The notes under the pieces were generated by a model, which did no database searches, was not told the DNA's origin, and saw only the letters and a program-made list of their open reading frames with translations. Shown here piece after piece: positions 42,110-52,900 of a DNA stretch of 64,000 nucleotides. Origin of the DNA: Enoplolaimus lenunculus (lineage: Eukaryota); NCBI GenBank assembly GCA_030248215.1, contig JASANG010003345.1, positions 248,001-312,000 on the forward strand, written 5' to 3'. Position 1 is the stretch's first letter; the number at the start of each line of letters is the position of its first letter. A program made the translations under genes and the position numbers.

Positions 42110-43701
42110 CTGTCCACACTTTATTCTAAACGAGCTCCTGCGAGTTAACCTAAATTCCTTCCTATAACAAAAAACGACCATAACCCCAAAAAAATTACTT
42201 TCCAACCACAGTCTAAGTATTAGAGCTGATCCTAGGCGCTTCTCCAAATATTGGCTAGTCGTTCGATAGCTATCGCCAGCCGCTTAACCATTCAAAAAGT
42301 AGAGTTAATCAACTGAACTTCCTAAAATAAGAATTCCTAAAAATACAACAACCATAATATTAAATTATATACAAAGTTTTGCTTTGCATTTGAGACACTA
42401 GTGGCTTCTTTACGGAAAGCAATGTTTTCGAAAAATAACATAACACTGTTTATACACCGAATCAAGTATATACTAATTCACTAGATGTTCGCTAAAAATG
42501 CCTGAAATACATCGACGATTACACAACATAATATTTAAACAGTACATAAAGAATCATGTTAGATAAGTAAAGAAATACATTGGCTGCCTTACGGTTACAG
42601 CAATTTAATTTTCAATAAAGTAGCTAATGGCTCAAACTAAAAAAATTGTTTCGATTTTTTTATTTTTTTGTGTTTTGTATATAATTTACAAATATGTACA
42701 TAGTGGCTTTGCACCATCCTCGCTGAGAGTCAACAACTTTTTGATCACTCTGATCAGAACAATTAATTCAACACCACACAAATCCCTTACCATAATACCA
42801 TTGCTCGCTAGTGCTTCAAACATCTCTTTGCCTCATCGTCCATTGACCATTATACATCAGCTGCTGCTACCGTAAATGCTAAAACAGATATTTTCAAACA
42901 TAAAATATATTAAGTTAATAACATGAAACAGATAGAGTTAAGACACGTACGGCCCCCTTACGGGTAAATTGTTCAACAGAATTCATAATTGAAACGACAG
43001 AAAATTTTTAAATGAGTACTCAAATAAAAATATTGCTTGCTTATTCATAAATGTTCACTAATTGTTATGTCAACCTAGAAAACGGTGTAGTAAATGCGCT
43101 TACACAGAGCACAAAATTGTTCCTATACGAAATGTGCAGTTGGTTGAAGTTAGTAGCTACAGTATGGGTAAAACTATATTCTGTTTAGATATTCTAACTA
43201 TTTCAAAAATAGACAACGCCGGAAGAATAGCTAGTTGAGCGTTATGCTACACACCAAGGTTAGGACCAACAGCAGAAGGGTTCAAAATTTGAGAAATAAA
43301 ATAAATAAGGGCCCTTTACAGGCAGAGTGTTGTTGCTATACTTGTACAGTTGCTGGTATTATATGATAACCAAGGCTCACTTCCGGAAGTTTCTGAAACT
43401 ATAACAATTCTGCAACAATGTCGGAACTATTTCACTTGATTTCAAATAACTTTCATTCATACGTCGATAGAAACACGCATAAGCAAAAAACCGAAACATA
43501 AATTCTGCATGGATTCCTTGCGGGTAATACGCTTATCTTGATAGATTCAATAAGTAACAAAAACTAGTTGAGTAGGAATGCCTTCTAGATAACATAAAAC
43601 AAATCAGGTCTCGGAAATTTCAATTGAACGTTCCATCGCAATAGGTTTAACACTGAAACAAAGCCAGCAATCAGACTTCGTTTACCAATTAGGAAAATTG
43701 G

Positions 43702-43719
43702 ATCTCGGTGGGACCTCCA
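43702..43719 (-). other. Primer-binding site complementary to the 3' end of tRNA-Gln
   Basis: Minus-strand TGGAGGTCCCACCGAGAT, 2 nt after the 5' LTR end. The + strand atctcggtgggacctcca matches the canonical metazoan tRNA-Gln 3' end including CCA. Confidence 0.85.
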
Positions 43720-43721
43720 AA

Positions 43722-45729
43722 TGTAACACTGCGAACTTAAAAAATTCAACTTCAAACTCGGTCAGCACTCTGGGGAACAACTTCTTAGTTAAGTTCGAAG
43801 GTTACCAAAGCAAGCACAAATCTCTAATTCTCTTACAATAAAAATCGCACGAGCTATAAATCTAAAACAACTTAATTAAACTCAAGCCCAATGGTAGAAA
43901 CAAATGCTTAAACTTTCCTATGCCCCAAAAATATCTCAGATCGCGCAACACAAAATATCTATTTTCAGAATCCAGAAACCGAATATAGAACATTAAAATT
44001 ACGGCTCCCTTAAAGGGCAAAACAGTCTTAAATATTAATCTGTTACTACTCGGCAACTCATTAGACCATTTAAAACCCCAAAATAGCACTAATTGACACC
44101 CCAGAATACTTGTAATCAACATCATACAAACCAAGAAACTTCTCGTCTAACCAGATAAATTACACAACTACCTATTTGTTAAATATTATTTGAAACTTAG
44201 GGGCTCCTTGCGAAAAGAATTCTCGTATGCACGCTATAATATTCCAATCGTAAAAATTCCACAAACCGTCTTAGCAATAAATATCGCACACGAATTTTTA
44301 CAAAAATTCCACTTCACCGCAAAAATTAGTCAAAAATTTCACTTAGGCTTCACAAAGCATCGTACACAACGGGCTCCAAATACTGTTATCTCAAAAATAC
44401 AGTACAGTTATCTCGACACTAAATGCTTACTTCGCGTGCAACTATAACAAATAACTCCCCAAAATCGTTAAAGCCTAAAATCATAAACTACAAAACACAA
44501 AATCCGCTAAGCCGTCGTGCAGCAACTTGCTCCCGTATACCACTGAGCCCCCGAACCCAACTTGTTCTGCACTTATATATCTGTAAACCGAAAGGTTAAT
44601 TGAGTTCTAAGAATTTTATGATAAAATTTTAAAATTTTTCAAAAATGTTGAAAAACCACGAAATTTAACTTAAAAAAGTTTTTCTTAAAAATTTCTAACT
44701 TACAATTTTGTTAAAATCTAACAAAAAGCTGTTTTGTCTTAAAAATTTAGTTTTTAGATTAAAATTTAAACTTTTAAAATAGCTCAAAAATTTAAAGTAT
44801 GTTGTTTTGACCCAAGAAATTTATTTTAAAAGCAAAATTGATCTTTCAAATCGCATAAAAAGTAAAAAATCCACTATTTTGACGAAAATCCATAATTTTC
44901 AAAACAGAATTTTAGTTAAAATTTACAAAAATTTACCTAAAAACCATGTTTTGTCTTCCAAGGGTTGATTCGGGGTTTTTCCAATTCGCAGAATTACCAT
45001 CTTAAAATTTTTCCTAAAAGGGGTCACTCGGCTGTACTTAAAAATAAAATTTATTCCTGCTAACATAAGTACACAGGCTTCTCCAATAACAATCCGTAAG
45101 GAGTCCATAATAATAAATCATACAGTCACAATGGCATTGCAAACTTATTAGTGTATTTTCAACCCCAATCTGAAATTATAAGCACTAACACCCTTAATTC
45201 CAGAACAAGTTATTCAAGAAACACTCCTCTGATCGCATTCTACCCGCTGATTGTAATATGCCCCTTGGCTGAATCCGTGCGACTGTCTTCACAAAAACAA
45301 TACATTGCAAAATTCATAAGCTTACAATCCAGAATAAATTGCACATGCACAATATATATGCGTCTACATAAATCTGCATATATGCATTTATTTATCTACA
45401 ATATATAAAGCAGGCGCTCAGCTGATTTCGACAACAACAACAACAACATCAAAAGTACGTACATTCATAGTGCCTTCACACACGCAATAAAAACACACTA
45501 TGCACAAACACACATATATACGCTTGTTTAAAATTACAAAAATTTCCAACATAAGCTAAATTCCGCAATTAGGGGGTACAGCAATAGACTAAAATCCAGA
45601 ATTAGGGGATAGCCTAAAAAATTTTTAAACTGCTAATTCAGCTGAAAAAAAAAATAAACAAAAAAATTCACAGGATGTATAAACTAAAAATTACACCCCT
45701 CATTAACTAGTCCTGGCCCCCATGTTACA
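43722..45729 (-). repeat. 5' LTR (about 2.0 kb)
   Basis: Starts tgtaacac and ends catgttaca on the + strand. Near-identical to 41038-42109 apart from an extra block at about 44182-45121. Confidence 0.88.
44542..44580 (-). promoter_or_regulatory. Putative LTR core promoter (TATATAAG plus TCAGT initiator)
   Basis: Minus-strand TATATAAG at 44572-44579 and TCAGT at 44542-44546, about 33-35 nt apart and pointing toward the PBS. Confidence 0.45.
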
Positions 45730-45801
45730 CAGTAATGTGTGCAGTTATGTTTATCGTCATGTGTTATCAAATGTTGATTCTTAGTAATAAGGAACTATCC
45801 T

Positions 45802-46272
45802 ATGGAAATTACTCAGAAGGAGCTAAATCTCGTGGCGGCTACAATCGAATCTGTCTCATACAAGCCCGGCTGTACTTCCGTTGATGACAATAACAAGCCG
45901 ACGAAACGCCGAAGTCGAGGTAAGGGTTCAAGTTCATTGCGATGACGGAGTTTAGAGCGAGCATATCGGGTCATCGAAATGTGTCAATCGGAAAACAAGT
46001 CATTGCCAGCATGGTTCCACAAGTGGCAGCCTAAACCGAAAGTAATACGGCAAACGTCGTCACAACGACCGCCAAACGCACAACAAGCGGTACTGCAGCA
46101 AGCAACAACGAGCGCGGTAAGTGAGAGTGTTCGTTCCGATGAACCAGTTAATCCAGGAATGTACGACAATCGAATGTGGGAAACTTATTTGGATCCCGAC
46201 GGGGTCTACGAGAGTTCGGAGTGGCTATATCCTACACCATTTTCACGGGATCCTCTAGATTTAAATACTTGA
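45802..46272 (+). CDS. Candidate orphan gene or pseudogene (about 144 aa if a 36-nt intron at 45920-45955 is spliced)
   Basis: ATG 45802 is in frame with the 97-aa ORF at 45979-46272. The single intervening TGA lies inside a GTAAGG...TTTAG 36-nt in-frame segment. The region is locally GC-richer than its flanks. No recognisable domain. Confidence 0.3.
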
Positions 46273-47232
46273 GGTGGCAACCGACGCTTTCGCGTGTAAC
46301 GGTTTTTTCATGCTTAATCATGTATTCGGTCTTGGACAATTTTATCTGGTTGTATCTTATTATATGGTTTTATTATTTGGGAATTATATCGTCGGGATAC
46401 TGATTTGGTGTTACGATTTACGTTGATGCTACTACTTGGAGATATTGGCTGGGTTGTGAGGGCACAACTACGAAAAAGGGCGAATGTGATGAAGCTGCTT
46501 TGTTTTGGCTTTGCAAAAGATCAATGTGTTTAAACCGGTACTCTGGAGTGCTGGGGGAGTTACATTTTGAAAAGTTGTATGCGCCGAAACTTTAATTTTA
46601 TTATGTTGTTTTACAAGTTTGCTCACAGCGCTTGCCGCTGTTGTAGTTAATCTGCACTGCTGGTAGCATACGCTTAAGTTTGAGCTATAAGCTAAGATCG
46701 CCGCTGAGACTCCGTAGGTTTAAAATTTAGCACTTGCAACCTGAACAAGTTCCCAGTTCTAAGGTTTAAAACCGTTACAGTAAGATAGTGATTTGATTCT
46801 TCTGATGCATTTTTTCAATAGACAAATCATTCATCAACGCTTTTGTGCTTGCGAATGCATTATACATTATTTTCAATTTTTCGTTGAGAAAACGGAACAA
46901 ACCGTTTCTTCCGGTCGATTCAATTTTTCCGGAAAATCCAATTCTGATGAACGGTGCTCATATTTACAACATTCCTGAGCCATGTTGAATTTTCAAAATT
47001 TTGGTTGTCATATTTTATAGGGTGCTTCATGCGTCCTATGGGATTGTTTCCCATTTGCCTCTGCGTATTGTTGGCCCTTTAAATCTGCATCAGATATATC
47101 ACAGGTTAACAAAAGTATTCAGTTTATCTTTTCAGTAATTGCAATTGCTACGCTCACGTATTGTTAACTGTGTATCGTTTTAAGATTACACAACTTTTAA
47201 AACTAAACATGTGTTCATTAAATTAATGCGTC

Positions 47233-48290
47233 ATGGACGGCTTGATCAAAAGTCCTCCTAATGGCCCGCTGAACCAATATCGGAAACGGGCTACTTTTGA
47301 CTGGAAGAAGCTCAAGCTATTTCTTGATGGCGAAGACGTAATTACATACCGGGTAAGCCGATCTAAATATTTTGACTACAAAAAGGTAATTGTAGATTTT
47401 CCGTACATTTATTAGTTAAAGTTTTGGTTTAGACAAGCCATTCTTCAAAATCCTTAACCGAAGCTAATGTGTGCAAGAGCCCTGCACTCTCATAAAAAGT
47501 TTCGTTTTTAAAAATTTATTCCGGTGCCCCCTTGGGCTGTTCTAAGTTCAGTTAAATTAAAGTATATATAATTAAATTTTAAAATTCGATTCCCACTAAC
47601 GATCATTATATTTCAATTACGATTTTTAGTGAATTTTGTAAATGGTTAGCCATGAATTATAGTAGCACTTGAATTTTGAAAAATTTTAGTGGTGAGAACC
47701 GTTGCACGATCCATGTATTACAATTAATATAAACCATTTAAAATTGTTAATTTCCTTTATTTTTATTTTTAGAACCAAATATGGCATATGCTCGAGTGTG
47801 ATCCGTTGTTTGAGCAGACCTCAGTGATACCGACTCTTCAACAAATTCGTGAAATTACATTCAAACGTGTGAAACGGTTGTTTGAATACGAATTCGCTGG
47901 TCATTATGTAAGAATTTTTAAATTGTTTATACAAATTAAATGACTAAATATTTTAACTTGACCATTTTTAATCTAATATTGTCATTTATTTAATATTGAT
48001 ATTGTTGTCTTATTATTGTTATGTTTTTTCTATATGTGATTATTGTTGCATATATGTTAGTTATGGAAGCCCTCAATGAAAATATATATAGTACATATTT
48101 TGACATATATAGAGGGGCCCCGGAATACATATAAAATATTCATAAAACCAGTCTACTATCCTTCCAATACCCAAATTCCAAACCCCAGAGATAGCTATCT
48201 CTGCCGAGTTACAACATTTGTATATTAGGAAGATAATTACGGTTATAAATAGCACTTCCAGAGTAGGGAATTGCTATTATCTCTAACTAC

Positions 48291-48337
<47 letters not shown>

Positions 48338-49864
48338 TATAAAAATTTGAAAATTATGCATATTATTTTGTATATTCAATTTTGGTTGCAGGTTTCTTAT
48401 GAAGATTGACTCCAAAACATGGAGACCAAGATTAGTGATGGATTTGGAAGATGATCTTTGTGCAGAAGAAATGATTTCAAAGTCATCATTTCTGCACGGG
48501 TGTCCTGTGTTATGAGTGTGATCTGCTATTGCAGATTTTAGGTTTGCACTAGAGACCGTCGTTTGCAGGGTTCGGTCGGATATACGCTTGTGCTCGCAAA
48601 TTCGTTTAAAAAAATGTCGGCTGGTGGATCCGACATAGTCTAGCTTACAGCTAGAACAAATGAACTTATAAACAATTGCAGAGCTCAAGGGCAATGGTAC
48701 TTTATCTTTATAATTAAATAAAGATTTAATCCTGCTGTGATTGTAAACAACTATGCGGATATTAAGATTTTCAGCTGAATAAAATTCATTAAAAATCTTT
48801 TTTAATTGTTTCTTCAAATAACAAGTATGTGAACCGAAAAAAGGGACTTTAAGAGTGACTGTTTGTACCTCGTGTTCGGCGATTTGGCTCGAGAAGGTGC
48901 CATGAACCACGTCTGTTGCTGTGGTCTCGCTGCGTTCGGTTGCTGTCGACGACGTTTCGGCATTGTGTAAATGAGTACTTTCTGCTGAAATATAGCAAAA
49001 GTTAGGGGTCTATCACGATTGAATGTTGGACTAGCCATCTAACTGGCTAACCCAACATCATTCACAATCGTCTCATACTGATTCTAGACAACTTTTTACT
49101 TCCAGCAATACACAAAACTATATTTCATCACAAAGTACGCATTTACACAATGCCGAAACGTCGTCGACAACAACCGAACGCAGCGAGACCACAGCAACAG
49201 ACGTGGTTCATGGCACCTTCTCGAGGCAAATCGCCGAACACGAGGTACAAACAGTCACTCTTAAAATCCCTTTTTTCGGTTCACATACTGGTTATCTGAA
49301 GAAACAATTAAAAAAGATTTTTAACGAATTTTATTCAGCTGAAAATCTTAATATCCGCATAGTTATTTACAATCACAACAGGGTTAAATCTTTATTTAAT
49401 TATAAAGATAAAGTACCATTGCCCTTGAGCTCTGCAATCGTTTATAAGTTCATTTGTTCTAGCTGTAAGCTAGACTATGTCGGATCCACCAGCCGACATT
49501 GTTTAAACGAATTTGCGAGCACAAGCGTATATCCGACCGAACCCTGCAAACAACGGTCTCTAGTACAAACCTAAAATCTGCAATTGCAGATCACACCCAT
49601 AACACAGGACACCGGTGCAGAGACGATGACTTTGAAATCATTTCTTCTGCACAAAGATCATCTTCCAAATCTATCACTAATTTTGGCCTCCATATCTTGG
49701 AGTCAATCTTCATAAGAAACCTGCAACCAAAATTGAATATACAAAATAATATGCATAATTTTCAAATTTTCAAATGACTTTTTCCATCAGGCACAGTTTA
49801 ATGGCAATTCCTTACTCCTATTTATGACCGTAATTATCTTTAATGTTTTATGAATATTTTAGTC

Positions 49865-49905
<41 letters not shown>

Positions 49906-52900
49906 TGCAGGAAACGCTCGCATTGCCTCGGTTGCACCGAACTAAAATAGTTGCGCTGACGTCGTATGATTTGTCTCTTTCCGCAAAACTTCAATTAAAT
50001 TTGTCTGTGAGTTGAGTTGAATAATATTTTAACAGCTGGCTAGTTTTCGTGTATTACTTTTGTTTTCTTAGATTTATGCACGGACAATGATTGTTTTCGC
50101 GACTGTAAGCAACTAAATGGTACAAGTGGCCCAACAGAAGTTGCACCAGTTGGTGTGGGGCAACGAAATACCTAACTTATTGCGGTAGGGCATAACGCCA
50201 TTTTAAGGAAACTTCTTAGACTCTAGGATCAAGCGGTGCATTCTAAAGTAAATGTACCATTTTGCCTCTTCGGAAATTCCGAGACAGGTTATATCATGTT
50301 TAGTTCTGGGGCGCTGGTTTGATACATATTTTGAAACATATATTTATATTTCAGGTGTATTGGCACGCGATTCAAATTCTGGGCACCGATCGCCATCATT
50401 GTTTTATGGAAGCGGTTGAAAAGTTCGAGGTATGAAATTTGTTTTTGAATTTTTGGGTTTTCTTACATTATGTGACAATTAGTTGTACTTTATGTTAACG
50501 TTTAGTAGAAGTTGTGAATACTCTGGTAGACCTTGCATGTTAGAGCGTCCTCTTTTTGTTTCTTAAAGTACAAACTTGAAAGGTGTTCAAGGATCGATTC
50601 AACAGTATTTCAAATTTGTTGAAAAATTTAGATTTAAATATCGAAGTACTAAAGTACATGTAGCAGGAACAGGACTTAATATAATTTCAAGAAATTGTTA
50701 TACCGCTGTTTCTCAGTAGCTAAAATATCGGTAGTTTTTCCAATTTCAGCATTTTGGTTGTTTTGGAATCACTGAACTAAGCCATGGGTCGAATACAAAG
50801 TTTATGCGTACCACAGCAAAGTATGATCCGGACACTAAGGTAAGTTGTTTATTTATTTTCTAATAGTAATAATAAGAATAATAATAATAAGAATAATCGT
50901 ATTTTATAAATTTAGTAGGGATAAGTAGCTGATTTTGTTACAAAATAACTGCAATACCTATGATCTCTGAATATATTGCAAAATGGTACACAACAGGCGC
51001 CAAAAATGTACTAAATTTCGAAACTCAACGTTCTCTGATTCAAATGTTACAAGACCTATAAAGGACAGGTGATATATTCTGTACACACTAATACAAAATA
51101 ATATGGACATCGCAATCTGACATTGTTAATAATTAAAACCTACCATATGCCCAATAAGGTCAATCGCAGTAATAAACGCTTGCAGAAATTAGCAAAACCA
51201 AACTTCACGCGATTACGCGTATCTGTTCATATTTAGTTGGGCTGATAATTATATTATGCAGTCATGGATAGAATTATGTAGGCAGTAACCACGATTGCAT
51301 CTATTTTATCTGCAGCCACGGTTTTATAGCTGGGGTACGAAACGCCATCGCGATTTCATTTCGTTCTGTCCGTGACTGTTTTTGTTGTATTATTTTAGGA
51401 ATTTATCATTAATACACCAGATATTGAAGCTGCAAAAGCGTGGGTTGGTAATCTAGGAAATTCTGCAACTCATATGGTACTGTTTGCTCAATTGCTTCTC
51501 CCGGACAAGCAAACAGGTCGAGGCTCGTTTCAAAATTTGGGACTACATCCGTTTGTGGTTAGCATTCGTGATCCAAAAACCTTACTGGCGTATCCGGGTG
51601 TATTTGTGGGTGATATGGGCGAGAAGCTGGGAATGAACGGTGTTGACAATGGGTAAAATTTTTAATACTTTTCAGTTCCTCCTTTCTCCACTGCGCACAA
51701 CGGAATCATTTCGGGCAATTTTTTAGTTCATTTTCCGTTGTCAATAACCGTTTTACAAATAAAATATTTAAGTACTGTCAACAGAACCACTTAATTTAGA
51801 TTGTTCTAAAACAGAACATTTTAGCATATTCTGTAGATTGATTTGGCAGTTTTTAGGGAAAGATAATGGTAGCAGATGTGTTAAGTGATATAAAGTTTGT
51901 GTTTAGGTCACGTTGTTACGTTTTAATGACGTTACTGAACGTGAAATTAAGAGTGTTGTAAAATTGGTTGTTGGCAATATTGTGCAATAGCTTATAGAAA
52001 AATAAATCTTCCAGTCTTAGAACCAATAACATAAACTTTGCGAAATGTTTACGCATTTTCGGAGGCAATGCTACATATTGTGCAGTTTTGGAAATTTTAT
52101 TAATAGGAAATGCGGTGTTTTGTTTCACACAGTAAATTGAGATACAGATCTTTGGCCGTTCAGATATGTGTATACCTGTCGCAAGTTAATAGTACCGTTT
52201 CCAATAGCAGATCTGCTGCAGGTAGAAACCTTGAATTTTGCAGCTTTTGATCTGTTTTTGAAGGAAATTGCCAATCGAATTTTGAGCACCGGCGTTCAGT
52301 CTTTCGCAAGTTTCATGAGCTATTGCCAACTGATGTTTGACAGGTGCTATGCACAGTTGAATATACTTGACGAAGACTTAATTTATGTTGCCCGCGTCTG
52401 CTTGTAATCGCTAACATTTCTAAAAAAGTTTATTTGCGTTCCAGATTTGTCAGTTTCAACAATTATCGAGTTCCACGTGAGAATTTGTTGAACAGAGCTG
52501 CTGATGTGTCCCCCGATGGAGAGTATATTACTCCGTACAAGGTAGATTTTTGGATTGTCTTTTGAATGTTTTTGAGAAGACACACGCTTATTGGTTAATG
52601 ATTTAAAGCGCACTGATGCCCATTTACTGTATCCAAGTTGTTAGTAATATTATGCCCTTATTGCTTAAATTCATGACAGACCAAGGCGAACACGTGGAGT
52701 TAAATTGTAGCTGGCATTGGTACGGTGGAGGATCTGATGTTTATTTCTCTGATGGCTGGCTGTTTTAGGATCCGAAAAAGCGACAAGCATCAAATTTGGG
52801 TGCCTTATCGTCTGGGCGTGTTGGAATTACCCTGATGAGTGGCTCATATTTGCAGTCAGCGTTAACAATTGCTATACGCTATTCGGCTGTCCGTCGCCAA

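Larger units (their letters stand above)
41038..45729 (-). mobile_element. Complete non-autonomous LTR retrotransposon (LARD/TRIM-like, probably Gypsy-dependent)
   Basis: LTRs 43722-45729 (5') and 41038-42109 (3'), both TGT...ACA. 4-bp TSD CAGT at 41034-41037 and 45730-45733. PBS at 43702-43719. Purine-rich tract next to the 3' LTR (about 42110-42126). The 1.6-kb internal region has no ORF of 60 aa or more on the element strand. Confidence 0.9.

Noticed and set aside
41178..45408. Duplicated ORFs of 85-90 aa (41178/43862 and 41526/45151) as genes
   Set aside because: They are chance ORFs with TTG/GTG starts, duplicated only because they lie in the two LTRs.
49140..49175. Hammerhead ribozyme at the Penelope 5' end (cgaaacgtcg)
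   Set aside because: No upstream CTGANGA core or stem II could be found.
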